DNA of 64,000 nt from an uncultured Alphaproteobacteria bacterium (GTDB lineage Bacteria; Pseudomonadota; Alphaproteobacteria; Rhizobiales; Aestuariivirgaceae). Numbering within the stretch: position 1 is the stretch's first letter; each line of letters begins with the position of its first letter. The translations under genes were made by a program, and so were the position numbers. Positions 38,784 to 48,959 of the stretch are shown here, one piece after another. The notes beneath the pieces were generated by a model. It was not told the origin of the DNA. It did no database searches and was given only the letters and a program-made list of their open reading frames with translations. Location: contig CAVYAB010000033.1 of the NCBI GenBank assembly GCA_963766425.1, forward strand, positions 8,590-72,589, read 5' to 3'.

Positions 38784-41243
38784 CTATGCCTTGATCCTCT
38801 CGCCTTTCGGATCATAGAAGCTCTGCAGCTGGGCCTTCGCGCCATAGCGTTTCCACGCTAGTTCAACTTCCCACGTGCCGCATTCAATCCAGTCCTTGGT
38901 CACGCCGTCTTTGTTATTCACGTAGCCCATGCCAAGAGAGAGGTTCACCCGATGTCCCCATGCGCCTGACGTGGTGGAGCCGACGATGACTCCATTCCGG
39001 TAAATTGGTTCCTCGTGGTACATCATCGGCGCAGACGCACTCGCATCATCCAACGCGATGCAGATCATGCGCTTGCCGAGCGTGGGCACGGCCCTCTGCT
39101 TCAGCAAGGCGTCGCGCCCGATAAAGTCGCCTTTCTTGTCCCAGGCAACCGCAAAGCCAAGGCCAGCTTCGACTGGGTTTTCCTCGTCACTGATGTCATG
39201 GCCCCAGTGGCGATAGGCTTTTTCGGTGCGGCAGTTATTCATCGTGTGCATGCCGGCGGGCGTAAGGCCAAACTCGCTACCTGCCGCCTGCAGCCGTTCA
39301 TACACATGGGCCACAAATTCCGTCGGAATGTAGAGTTCCCAGCCCAATTCGCCCACATAGGTAATGCGGCTCGCCCGCACCCGCGCATAACCGATTTCAA
39401 TTTCCTTCGATGTACCAAATGGAAAGGCGGCATTCGACAAATCAGCGCCTGAAAGTTTCTGGAGCAGGGCGCGAGAGTTTGGCCCCATCACGGCGATCAT
39501 CGCGAGACCTGAGGTAATATCAGTGGAAACACAATGGGCATCGTCCGGTGTATGGCGCTTCAGCCACGCCATGTCGCGGGTTTGTGGCACGGCACCTGTG
39601 ACCACCATGAATTTGCTTTCTTCCAGTCGCGTAACCGTGAGATCGGCCTCTATGCCGCCGCGCTCATTGCACCACTGGGTGTAAACGATGCGGCCCGGTT
39701 CCACATCAACATTATTGGCGCTGATGGTGTTCAACACCTTGCAGGCATCGCGCCCCTCAACCACGTATTTTGCAAAAGATGATTGATCAAAGAAGGCACA
39801 TTTCGTCATCAGTTGCTTGGCTTCATAATCCGCACACGGAAACCAGTTCTGCCGGCCATAGGAGTATTCATATTCCGGCTTCACCCCATCCCGCGCGTAC
39901 CAGTTGGGCCGCTCCCAGCCGTTCACTTCGCCAAACACAGCGCCGAGTTTTTTCGTCTGCTCATAAATGGGTGAACGGCGAACTCCGCGCGCAGTCTCCG
40001 CCTGGCGATAAGGCCAATGCATGGCGTAAAGCAGGCCGAGTGTTTCCGAAACGCGGTCATGCACATATTCCCGCACCGACTGGAACGGATGAATGCGGCG
40101 AATATCCATGCCATTCACATCCATCGGCGGATGGCCATTCTTGATCCATTGCGACAGCACCAGCCCAGCGCCACCCGATGATTGAATGCCGATGGAATTG
40201 AAGCCCGTGGCCACGTAGCAATTCTTCACTTCCGGCGCTTCGCCGAGATAATAGCGGTTGTCCGGCGTGAAGCTTTCCGGCCCGTTGAAGAAAAGCTGAA
40301 TGCCCGCCGTTTCGAGCAGCGGCACGCGATTGATGGCGCTGGCGAGAATGGGTTCAAAGTGGTCCATGTCTTCTTGCAATGTTACAAAACTATGCTCTTC
40401 GTCTATTCCGCCACCACCCCATGGTTTGGCCACGGGTTCGAACGCTCCGACCATGAGCTTGCCCGCATCTTCCTTGTAGTAGGTGCATTCATCGGGCACT
40501 CGCACCACGGGCATGTTGCGCGGCAATTCAGCGATTGGTTCCGACACAATGTAGAAGTGTTCGCAGGCATGGAGCGGAATGTTCACGCCAATACTGCGGC
40601 CCAGTTCACGCGACCACATGCCCGATGCAATCACCACCTTGTCCGCCATGATCGTGCCATCTGTCGTTTCAACGCCGACGGCTTTGCCATTCTCAACCAG
40701 AATGCGTGTGACTTTCGTATTCTCAAATACCTTTGCGCCGCGCGAACGTGCGCCAGTCGCCAGCGCCTGTGTCACATCGATTGGATTAACCTGGCCGTCC
40801 TTGGGCAGGAACACGCCGCCTTTGACACCGTCCATGTTGTAATGCGGCACACGTTCCTTGATGTCGCCCGTGCTGATAACATCGACAGCCAATCCAAAAT
40901 TCTTGGCCATGGAAGCACCGCGCAAAAGTTCTTCCATGCGCCCATCACTGAGGGCTATTGAAATCGAGCCATTCTGTTTGAAGCCCGTGGCCTGCCCGGT
41001 TTCCTTCTCAAGTCCTTCGAAAAGATTGGTTGTGTATTTTGCCAACTCCGTGAGATTCTTGGAGGCGCGCAACTGCCCTACAAGGCCCGCCGCATGCCAC
41101 GTTGTTCCGGACGTCAGCTGCTTGCGCTCCAGAAGAACAGTATTGGTAATTCCAATTTTCCCCAGATGATATGCAATGGAAGCACCTACGATACCCCCAC
41201 CAATAATTACTACATCACAACGGGCGGGCAGGGACTTCGACAT
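38784..41243 (-). CDS. GcvT-family FAD-dependent amine dehydrogenase (sarcosine/dimethylglycine dehydrogenase-like)
   Basis: GGGIVG, SGTTWHAAGL, NGPESFTPD, YVGELGWEL. Confidence 0.92.
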   Translation of the reverse strand: MSKSLPARCDVVIIGGGIVGASIAYHLGKIGITNTVLLERKQLTSGTTWHAAGLVGQLRASKNLTELAKYTTNLFEGLEKETGQATGFKQNGSISIALSDGRMEELLRGASMAKNFGLAVDVISTGDIKERVPHYNMDGVKGGVFLPKDGQVNPIDVTQALATGARSRGAKVFENTKVTRILVENGKAVGVETTDGTIMADKVVIASGMWSRELGRSIGVNIPLHACEHFYIVSEPIAELPRNMPVVRVPDECTYYKEDAGKLMVGAFEPVAKPWGGGGIDEEHSFVTLQEDMDHFEPILASAINRVPLLETAGIQLFFNGPESFTPDNRYYLGEAPEVKNCYVATGFNSIGIQSSGGAGLVLSQWIKNGHPPMDVNGMDIRRIHPFQSVREYVHDRVSETLGLLYAMHWPYRQAETARGVRRSPIYEQTKKLGAVFGEVNGWERPNWYARDGVKPEYEYSYGRQNWFPCADYEAKQLMTKCAFFDQSSFAKYVVEGRDACKVLNTISANNVDVEPGRIVYTQWCNERGGIEADLTVTRLEESKFMVVTGAVPQTRDMAWLKRHTPDDAHCVSTDITSGLAMIAVMGPNSRALLQKLSGADLSNAAFPFGTSKEIEIGYARVRASRITYVGELGWELYIPTEFVAHVYERLQAAGSEFGLTPAGMHTMNNCRTEKAYRHWGHDISDEENPVEAGLGFAVAWDKKGDFIGRDALLKQRAVPTLGKRMICIALDDASASAPMMYHEEPIYRNGVIVGSTTSGAWGHRVNLSLGMGYVNNKDGVTKDWIECGTWEVELAWKRYGAKAQLQSFYDPKGERIKA

Positions 41244-41409
41244 CACGGGGAACTCCGAAAGGGGTTGGTGAATTTATCTAACATGTCATTCACCAAAGCG
41301 GAAAGCGCCAGCCTGTCTCACGTCGCCGTGCCAATTTTCACCTAACTACACAAACGCAGCGAAAAGGCGTAGCCTTCCACCACCGGGGACCTCGATAAAG
41401 GAGGAAGCT

Positions 41410-41715
41410 ATGACCGCTTACAATGTTGTGCGTTTCAAAGTGAAAGCCGGCCAGGAGCAAAAGTTCATCGACATGCACAAGAACCTGCCGAACCTCGATG
41501 GAATGAAGGATGGCGCGCTGATCAAGACCGGCGACCGCACCTATTGTCTAATCGGCAAGTGGGACGACTTTGAGAGCATTGTCGAAGCAAGGCCGCGCAT
41601 GATTACCATTCTTGACGGCTTCCGTGGCATGCTGGAAGACTTGGGTGGTGGCCTCGGCCTGACCGACCCGGTTTCAGGCACTGCTGTCGTCAAATTTCCA
41701 ACCCATAAACACTGA
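41410..41715 (+). CDS. Small dimeric alpha/beta-barrel-like hypothetical protein
   Basis: GGAGG RBS; NVVRFKVKAGQEQKF, TDPVSG. Confidence 0.75.
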   Translation: MTAYNVVRFKVKAGQEQKFIDMHKNLPNLDGMKDGALIKTGDRTYCLIGKWDDFESIVEARPRMITILDGFRGMLEDLGGGLGLTDPVSGTAVVKFPTHKH

Positions 41716-41774
41716 TTGATAACGTTAGGCCGCCATTTTCCTTTGCGGGTGCTCTTTGTTTCGACTATTATATC

Positions 41775-41790
41775 GTTCGAAATAAAGAAC
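41775..41790. promoter_or_regulatory. GTTC-N8-GAAC operator
   Basis: gttcgaaataaagaac, 10 bp before rhodanese ATG. Confidence 0.65.
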
Positions 41791-41800
41791 AGGTCGTTTT

Positions 41801-42202
41801 ATGCATAAAGGCAATATTTCTCCCACGGAAGCCCATCAGCGTTTGCAGGGTAATTCCTCCGCTGTGCTGGTCGACGTGCGCACCCAGCCCGAGTGGACCT
41901 TTGTTGGCGTTCCCGCCGTGGAAAGGCTTGTGCGCCTGGCCTGGCAGGTGTTTCCAGCCATGCAGGTGAATGCAAAATTTGTCGAGGAAATCGAGCAGAT
42001 GGGTCTGCCCAAGGACGCAGAAATCCTCTGCATTTGCCGCTCCGGCGCACGCTCGTCTTCAGCAGCTACAGCCCTCACCGAAGCGGGCTATTCCAATTGC
42101 TGGAATGTGGCCCAGGGCTTCGAGGGCGATAAGGATGCCAACGGCCACCGTGGCATAATGAATGGCTGGAAAGCCGCAGGCCTTCCCTGGGTACAAAGCT
42201 AA
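41801..42202 (+). CDS. Rhodanese-like sulfurtransferase
   Basis: LVDVRTQPEW, ICRSGARS, GWKAAGLPW. Confidence 0.92.
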   Translation: MHKGNISPTEAHQRLQGNSSAVLVDVRTQPEWTFVGVPAVERLVRLAWQVFPAMQVNAKFVEEIEQMGLPKDAEILCICRSGARSSSAATALTEAGYSNCWNVAQGFEGDKDANGHRGIMNGWKAAGLPWVQS

Positions 42203-43401
42203 TGGCCAAATATACGAAGAAACAGAACCCCGCAGGTTGGGGCGACGCAACGAAACTTGTGCGTGGCGGGCTCGATCGTTCGAACCATGGCGAAACCTCG
42301 GAAGCCATCTACCTCACCTCCGGCTATGTCTACGATGATCCGGAAACCGCCGAGCGGCGCTTTGCTGGCGAAGAGGAAGGCTATGTCTATGGCCGCTATG
42401 GCAACCCCACGGTCACCATGCTGGAAGAGCGTATGCGGCTGTTGGAAGGCGCCGAAGCCTGCTACGCCGTGGCGTCCGGCATGTCGGCAGCCTTTGGCGC
42501 GCTCGCCTGTCAGTTAAAGGTGGGCGATCATATCGTCGCCTCGCGTTCGCTGTTCGGGTCCAACTACCAGATCATCACGGCCATCCTGCCAAAGTTCGGC
42601 GTGACCTATGATCTCGTCGATGGCAGAGATGCCAAGGCCTGGAAGCAGGCGATGAAGCCTCAAACCAAATGTGTGTTCTTTGAAACGCCATCCAATCCCT
42701 TGCTTGAGGTTCTCGACATTCAAATGATCTGCGACATCGCCCATAAGGCGGGCGCCGTGGTGATTATTGACAACGTCTTCGCAACACCCATCCTGCAGAA
42801 ACCAATGGAGCTTGGCGCTGATATCGTCTTCTACTCGAATACCAAGCATACTGATGGTCAGGGCAGGGTGTTCGGCGGCACAATTCTGTCGAGCAAGAAA
42901 TTCAAGGAAGACCTGTTGAAGCCGTTCCTGCGCCACACCGGACCGACGATCTCGCCATTCAATGCTTGGGTGCTGCTCAAAGGCCTCGAAACCATGAAAT
43001 TGCGCGTGGAGGCCCAAAGCAAATCCGCTGCCACGATTGCCGAAGCGCTGTCGTCAATAAAAGACGTTGAGCGGGTCTATTATCCGCATCATGACAGCCA
43101 TGCCCAAGTGAAGCTTGCGCGCAGCCAGATGAAATTGGGCGGCACCATGGTGTCTTTCGATGTCAGCGGTGGCAAGGCTAAAGCCTTCGATCTGCTGCGC
43201 AAGCTTGGAATCATCGACATTTCGAACAATCTTGGCGATGCCAAATCCCTGATCACCCATCCAGCAACTACAACTCACCGCAACATCGGCCCGGAAGCCC
43301 GCGCCATGATGGGAATTTCTGACGGCAACTTGCGTCTCTCAGTAGGGCTGGAAGATGTGGATGATCTCGTGCGCGATCTCAAGCAGGCGCTTAGCGCGTA
43401 G
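42202..43401 (+). CDS. metZ: O-succinylhomoserine sulfhydrylase
   Basis: YGRYGNPT, ETPSNP, DNVFATP, SNTKH, NLGDAKSLITHPATTTH. Confidence 0.9.
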   Translation: MAKYTKKQNPAGWGDATKLVRGGLDRSNHGETSEAIYLTSGYVYDDPETAERRFAGEEEGYVYGRYGNPTVTMLEERMRLLEGAEACYAVASGMSAAFGALACQLKVGDHIVASRSLFGSNYQIITAILPKFGVTYDLVDGRDAKAWKQAMKPQTKCVFFETPSNPLLEVLDIQMICDIAHKAGAVVIIDNVFATPILQKPMELGADIVFYSNTKHTDGQGRVFGGTILSSKKFKEDLLKPFLRHTGPTISPFNAWVLLKGLETMKLRVEAQSKSAATIAEALSSIKDVERVYYPHHDSHAQVKLARSQMKLGGTMVSFDVSGGKAKAFDLLRKLGIIDISNNLGDAKSLITHPATTTHRNIGPEARAMMGISDGNLRLSVGLEDVDDLVRDLKQALSA

Positions 43402-43405
43402 AACT

Positions 43406-44167
43406 TCACATCGTCAGGCTGCGGTAGATTGCAATGCTGATTGCCAGCAACCCAACCGCTATGGTGAGCGGGCGCTTGGGTGCAATTTTGGAGAGATAGC
43501 CACCGACCGCGGCGGCAGGAAGTCCTCCGAGCACAAGGCCCGCGACGGGCCATGCAACCTCGTGCCAGTCCGATCCGCCGTGCCAGTAGCCCATGGCGAA
43601 CGCTGCGACAAATGTTGAGAATACAGCGATACTGACGACGAACTCGGAAAAATTACTCGAACCGATGGCGTAGCGCGACTCTGTTCCCGTGCCGAGCAGA
43701 CTTGTGGTTACGATGGGACCCCAGCTCCCGCCAATACCTTCAATGAGGCCGCCAACAAAACCTATCAAGCGTGTAAACCCTTTGGGAAATAGGCGGGGTG
43801 CCACATCCTTCAGCCCGTTATAAACGATCAGGAAACCGATCAGCAGCAGATAGACGTTGATCAAGACGAACAGGGTCTTGCCCTTCAGGCTCGTCAGCAC
43901 GGTGGCGCCAATGATTCCGCCCAGTGCGCCGAATACGCAAAGCATAATGATGATGCGCCGGTCGAGATTCTTGTGCATGAAATGGGAAATCGCCGCAGTT
44001 CCAGTCGTCGGCAGTTTGGCGGCATTTACACTTGCGGAGGCAAGGGCAGGCGGAACTCCTTGTGCGAGGAGGACCGACGCGGAGATAACGCCAAATCCCA
44101 TGCCTAATGCGCCATCAACAAGCTGCGCAAAAAAACCCACAAGGGCAAACGCCCAAAAATCATACAT
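43406..44167 (-). CDS. TauE/SafE family sulfite exporter/sulfate permease
   Basis: AQLVDGALGMGFG, GGSWGPIVT. Confidence 0.88.
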   Translation of the reverse strand: MYDFWAFALVGFFAQLVDGALGMGFGVISASVLLAQGVPPALASASVNAAKLPTTGTAAISHFMHKNLDRRIIIMLCVFGALGGIIGATVLTSLKGKTLFVLINVYLLLIGFLIVYNGLKDVAPRLFPKGFTRLIGFVGGLIEGIGGSWGPIVTTSLLGTGTESRYAIGSSNFSEFVVSIAVFSTFVAAFAMGYWHGGSDWHEVAWPVAGLVLGGLPAAAVGGYLSKIAPKRPLTIAVGLLAISIAIYRSLTM

Positions 44168-44195
44168 CCGGTAATTTCCCCAAGCGTGGCTTTGA

Positions 44196-44927
44196 TCAGG
44201 CGTTTACAGCCTGGCGCTGAACTGTGCGAATAATTTGTCCATTCGCCGTAAAATGTATACCGCATTCCGTCTTGTCAGTGCCAGCCCAACGTCCGGCGCG
44301 CGGATCATCATCCGTGCCACCGAGCGACGTGCAGGGTTCGCAGCCAATCGAGCGATAGCCCTTGAGCCGCAGGGGATGCGAAGGCAAATGATGGCTGGTC
44401 ATGTAAGACTGGATGTCGAGTGCGGAAAAACCCGCCAAGGGCTCTACCTTAAGGCGGTCATCAGCAATGCTCACAAAGTCCAGGTCAGCCCGGGCTGCAC
44501 CATGAAAACGCTTGCGGCCGGAAATCACCACATCAAAATCCGTGAGTGCCTTTTCCAGGGGAATGGTCTTGCGAATGTGGCAGCAGGCATCGTGATTACT
44601 CCGATGCAGCAGGCCATCCGAATCCCCGGTTTCGAGATCGAAAGCATCGGGCTTCACCGAGCGCACATTAGTGAGCCCCAGTTCAGCAATGAGCCTGTCG
44701 CGGTATTCGAGCGTCTCCTGAAACAGTTTGCCCGTATCCAGGAAGATGACAGGCAGATCGGGATTAACCTCAGAAACCATGTGCAGCAGAACAGCGGACT
44801 CGGCCCCGAATGAAGAAACCAAAGCCGTATGATCGGGATAATCACGCAGTATGGACGTGATCAGGTCACGGCCTTCAAGTCCCGCATACCTTTCAACGAC
44901 GCTGTTATCAATTGTGTTATCCGGCAT
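44196..44927 (-). CDS. cysH: APS/PAPS reductase; CC...CxxC suggests [4Fe-4S] APS-reductase type
   Basis: SSFGAES, LDTG, CCHIRK, SIGCEPCT, ECGIH. Confidence 0.93.
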   Translation of the reverse strand: MPDNTIDNSVVERYAGLEGRDLITSILRDYPDHTALVSSFGAESAVLLHMVSEVNPDLPVIFLDTGKLFQETLEYRDRLIAELGLTNVRSVKPDAFDLETGDSDGLLHRSNHDACCHIRKTIPLEKALTDFDVVISGRKRFHGAARADLDFVSIADDRLKVEPLAGFSALDIQSYMTSHHLPSHPLRLKGYRSIGCEPCTSLGGTDDDPRAGRWAGTDKTECGIHFTANGQIIRTVQRQAVNA

Positions 44928-45459
44928 GGGGCTGTTCCTCCCATGGCGTTGGATCGGGCTCTGCGTCCTCGTGGCGTTCGCTCCACACTTCCGCTTCGCC
45001 CACACGGCGGAAAAGCCCGCGCTGATAGGCGAGCGACATTTGCTTGGAAGCCTGCTGCCAGATTTCAAGCGCGAAGCGCTCGGACACTTCAAACGTATTG
45101 AAACCAACCTGGCTCATGAACTGGAACTGGTCAGGCAACACATTGCCCGTGGCCCGCAATTCTCCACGATAGCCCAATTGCCGGATTTGCCGGGCAATGG
45201 AATAGGCCCTTCCATCGACAAAGGCGGGGAAGGGCAGAATAACAAGCGCTAGATGCGGCAGGAAATGTGCCACATCTTCCGCATGATCCGTATTGCTCAG
45301 CAAAGTGCCAAGCTGGCCCGGAAACTTGGCAAGGCTTTCCCATTCGTTCTTCAACCGTGAAAAAGGAATGGCAACATTGCCGCCTTCCGGCAAAGCATCT
45401 TCAGCGCCAAAATGCGTGAAAGCGTCCTCGATGAAGGTATCGTTCTTAAGCAGCGGCAT
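44917..45459 (-). CDS. DUF934 family protein
   Basis: FPAFVDGRAYSIAR, GELRATGNVLPDQ. Confidence 0.9.
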   Translation of the reverse strand: MPLLKNDTFIEDAFTHFGAEDALPEGGNVAIPFSRLKNEWESLAKFPGQLGTLLSNTDHAEDVAHFLPHLALVILPFPAFVDGRAYSIARQIRQLGYRGELRATGNVLPDQFQFMSQVGFNTFEVSERFALEIWQQASKQMSLAYQRGLFRRVGEAEVWSERHEDAEPDPTPWEEQPHAG

Positions 45460-47101
45460 AGAGCGCCTCCTTGAAAGGTTGCGGGCCGAGGCGACGGTAG
45501 GTGTAAAGGAATTCCTCGCCGGGCTGACGCAGCTTCACATAGGTCGTGAGAATCTTTTCGATGGCATCTGGAACTTCATGTCCGGCAAAGCCGGGTCCAA
45601 GAATGGAACCAATCGAGGCGCTCTCGGTTGATGAGCCGCCAAGGGTGATCTGGTAAAATTCCTCGCCCTTCTTGTCCAAACCAAGAATGCCGATATGGCC
45701 CACATGGTGATGGCCGCAGGCATTGATGCAGCCCGAGATATTGATCTTCACCGGGCCGATTTCTTCCTGCACATCCAAGCTGGCGAATTTCCGCGAAATG
45801 GCCTGCGAAATGGGAATGGAGCGCGCCGTGGCCAGCGAGCAATAGTCCATGCCAGGACAGGCGATGATATCACCGGCGAGGCCGTAGTTAGCCGTTGCGA
45901 GGCCAGCGGGAACGAGAGCTTGCCAAAGGGCAAACGCATCGTCCTTTTTCACATGGGGAAGTATGATGTTCTGCGGATGGCTGACACGGAGTTCATCATG
46001 GGAATAGCGCTCCGCCAGATCCGCCATGACGCGCATTTGCTCTGCCGTCGCATCGCCCGGAATGCCGCCTTCCGGTTTGAGGGAAATATTGACGATGGTG
46101 TAGCCATCAACCCGGTGCGCAGCCAGATTGTTGCGGGCCCAGCGGGAAAATTCCGGATTGGAAAGTTTTGCCTCTTCAAAAGCGGGCGTGAAACGCGATA
46201 GCTTTTCAAACGCAGGCGCTGCAAAATAAGCCGCAATGCGCTCCAGTTCTTTTTCCTCGACATGGGTGGTCTGCTCAGGGCGGCGCGCGTATTCCGCTTC
46301 AACTTCCGACTTGAATTTTTCGGCGCCAATTTCATGAACCAGAATCTTGATGCGCGCCTTGTATTTGTTGTCACGGCGGCCATAGAGATTATACACCCGC
46401 ATGATGGCTTCGAGATAAGCCACTAGTTCCTTCTCCGGCAGGAAGTCACGTACAGTTACGGCGATCATCGGTGTGCGGCCCTGGCCACCACCAACCATCA
46501 CTTCCCAGCCAATCGCTCCCGCATCATTCTTGTGCAGGCGCAGGCCAATGTCATGAACCTTGACGGCTGCACGGTCATTTGGAGCGCCCGTCACCGCAAT
46601 CTTGAACTTGCGCGGCAAGTAAGAAAACTCTGGATGGAGCGATGACCATTGCCTGAGCAATTCTCCCACGGGACGTGGATCGGCAATCTCATCCGCCGCA
46701 GCACCGGCCCAATGGTCCGTCGTCACATTGCGAATGCAATTGCCCGAAGTCTGAATGGCATGCATTTCAACTTCGGCAAGGGCCGCCAGAATATCTGCCG
46801 TATCCTCGAGCTTGATCCAGTTATATTGAATGTTCTGCCGCGTGGTGAAATGGCCATAGCCACGGTCCCACTTCTCGGCGATGTAGGCGAGCTGCCGCAT
46901 CTGCTTTGAAGACAGCGTGCCATAGGGAATGGCCACCCGCAGCATATACGCATGAAGCTGCAGATAGAGTCCGTTCATCAGGCGCAGCGGACGAAACTCA
47001 TCCTCGGTTAATTCACCTTTGAGGCGGCGATCGGCTTGATCCCTGAACTGTGCTGTACGTTCACGAACGAACTGGTGGTCAAATTCATCATAGCGATACA
47101 T
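45446..47101 (-). CDS. cysI: Sulfite reductase hemoprotein subunit
   Basis: NGLYLQLHAYMLRV, TTRQNIQ, ACPGMDYC, SGCINACG. Confidence 0.95.
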   Translation of the reverse strand: MYRYDEFDHQFVRERTAQFRDQADRRLKGELTEDEFRPLRLMNGLYLQLHAYMLRVAIPYGTLSSKQMRQLAYIAEKWDRGYGHFTTRQNIQYNWIKLEDTADILAALAEVEMHAIQTSGNCIRNVTTDHWAGAAADEIADPRPVGELLRQWSSLHPEFSYLPRKFKIAVTGAPNDRAAVKVHDIGLRLHKNDAGAIGWEVMVGGGQGRTPMIAVTVRDFLPEKELVAYLEAIMRVYNLYGRRDNKYKARIKILVHEIGAEKFKSEVEAEYARRPEQTTHVEEKELERIAAYFAAPAFEKLSRFTPAFEEAKLSNPEFSRWARNNLAAHRVDGYTIVNISLKPEGGIPGDATAEQMRVMADLAERYSHDELRVSHPQNIILPHVKKDDAFALWQALVPAGLATANYGLAGDIIACPGMDYCSLATARSIPISQAISRKFASLDVQEEIGPVKINISGCINACGHHHVGHIGILGLDKKGEEFYQITLGGSSTESASIGSILGPGFAGHEVPDAIEKILTTYVKLRQPGEEFLYTYRRLGPQPFKEALYAAA

Positions 47102-47104
47102 GGT

Positions 47105-47443
47105 TCAAGCCTCCTTAAAGGCAAATGCGCCGGACGTGCCCTCAGCCTGCTTGCCGAGGTCAAGCCGCACCGTGGGACCAAGCGTGCGAATGCGTTCACG
47201 CATGTGAACCGCACGAATTTTTCCATCCACGCGCTCGGCATCAAACAGGTAAGTGCCCGTGACAAGCGTTGCTTTCACATCTGCCGAAGCGCGCGATTCG
47301 AGTGCCGCTGTCGCCTGTGGCTCCAATGCCAGAACGGCCTCATCGATCTTTTCATTCCAGGCGCCCGAACGCGTAAGGAAAACAACTTCCCCGTCGCGCA
47401 GGCGGTTCGCGGTCATGACCTGACCCTTTTCAATCTCGCTCAT
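47105..47443 (-). CDS. DUF2849 family protein
   Basis: TANRLRDGEVVF, RERIRTLGPTVR. Confidence 0.9.
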   Translation of the reverse strand: MSEIEKGQVMTANRLRDGEVVFLTRSGAWNEKIDEAVLALEPQATAALESRASADVKATLVTGTYLFDAERVDGKIRAVHMRERIRTLGPTVRLDLGKQAEGTSGAFAFKEA

Positions 47444-48462
47444 GATGCCGCTCGCAAAATCTCATTGGCGATGTCGTCGCGTGACATGAAAGGGAAAACC
47501 TTTGCCGTGGACGTTGCAATTCCGGGAACAACCTCAACGGCAATCCCATTGTCTTCCAAAGCGGTCTGTTCATCACTGACAGTGTCAACGTCGCCGGAAA
47601 CCAAAAGCACAACATTCTTCCCAGTGCGCGCTTCCCGGGTGAGAATGGCACTGGTCGCAAATTGAGAGTTGCCAGCCACAATCCGCACTGCATCACGCCG
47701 TGCCAATTCCAGAATGCCGGAGCCAATTTGACCGTCATAAACGATCACATCGGCTTCCTGCAGCTTGCGCTGGGCCTTGAGCGTCAGAAGTTCCGGGTCG
47801 CCGGGGCCAGCCCCAACGAGTGATACGCGGCCGACCGAGGGCTTGGCTTCGTCATTCAAAGCAATATTGAGTTCGTGGGCATAGCCCACCTCATCGCCAG
47901 CGATTGCGGCATCCCGAATGGAGCCAAAGAAAAATCGATTCCAGAAGGAACGGCGGCGGCTGCCTTGCGGCACTTCATTGGCCACCCGTGGGCGAAGCGC
48001 GTTTGCCTTCCAGGCTAACGCACCAAGCGCATTGGGCAGCATCGCATCAATGCGCGCGCGAATGCCCTGGCCAAGGACAGGTGCCGTGCCTTCCGTGCCA
48101 ATGGCGACGATGACGGGATCACGGTCAACAATGGAGGGCGTAATGAAAGTTGAAATCTCAGCCCCATCAATAACATTCACCGGAATGCCGCGAGCCTTCG
48201 CTTCAACGCTCACAAGATTATTGAGTTCAGGATCAGCCGCATAAACCAATGCGGCATCGTCCAAAAGATTTGGCGCAAAGCGCCGCGCCAGCCACTCCAC
48301 CCGTGGCTCGGAAGCCAGTTCATCGTGGAGCAGGGGGGCAACCACTTAAATCTTCGCATTGGTCTTGAGCAACAGTCGCACCTTGCGCAAGGCCTCTTCG
48401 CCGCCACCGACAACGACAACCTTCCGTCCTTCGAGATCATAGAATATGGGGAAGTAGCGCAT
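47440..48462 (-). CDS. cysG: Siroheme synthase-like protein; in-frame TAA at codon 39 (48346-48348); short methyltransferase domain
   Basis: [27 protein letters not shown]...NAKI*VVAP in one frame; TEGTAPVL; [15 protein letters not shown]. Confidence 0.85.
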
Positions 48463-48471
48463 GATTTGCCC

Positions 48472-48786
48472 TCAACCGTTGGCCACGAGTTTGACTGCGA
48501 GACCGTTTAAATCTTCCGTGTAAATAATCTGGCAAGAAAGCCGCGATGTCGGCGACAAAACCGGGACTTCATCCAGCATCGCTTCCTCATCGTCATTTGC
48601 CGGGTACAATTTGTCCGCCCATTCGGCGTGAACTTCCACATGGCAGGTCGCACAGGCACAGGCACCGCCGCACAAGCCACCAACTTCGAAGCCATGCTCG
48701 CGGATAATTTCCATGACCCGCCAGCCCTCAACTGCCTCCAGGATATGGCTCACATTATTGGTGTCTACGACTTAAATCACGCCCAC
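48472..48786 (-). CDS. Adrenodoxin-type 2Fe-2S ferredoxin; in-frame TAA at codon 5 (48772-48774)
   Basis: AGGAG RBS 6 nt before GTG 48786; MGVI*VVDTNN; CGGACACATCHV, SRLSCQ. Confidence 0.88.
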
Positions 48787-48917
48787 ATTTGGCTCCTGTT
48801 CGCTTCTCCGGACGTTTGCCCTAACTTACCGTGTTTTAATCAAACGCGCGATTTCATTTGATTTTGCCGTAAAAAACGCGCTAATTCAATTCTATCAACA
48901 CCCAATATAGTCTATTC

Positions 48918-48953
48918 GTTCGTTATTACGAACACTAGTTCTAAATAAAGGAC
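48918..48953. promoter_or_regulatory. Tandem GTTC-N8-G(A/G)AC operators
   Basis: gttcgttattacgaac (48918-48933) and gttctaaataaaggac (48938-48953). Confidence 0.65.
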
Positions 48954-48959
48954 AACAAA

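Noticed and set aside
48346-48774. TAA reassignment or readthrough in cysG and ferredoxin
   Set aside because: Many intact genes here end in TAA (rpmG, gatA, eno, pdhA); a single-base change at GANTC explains both.
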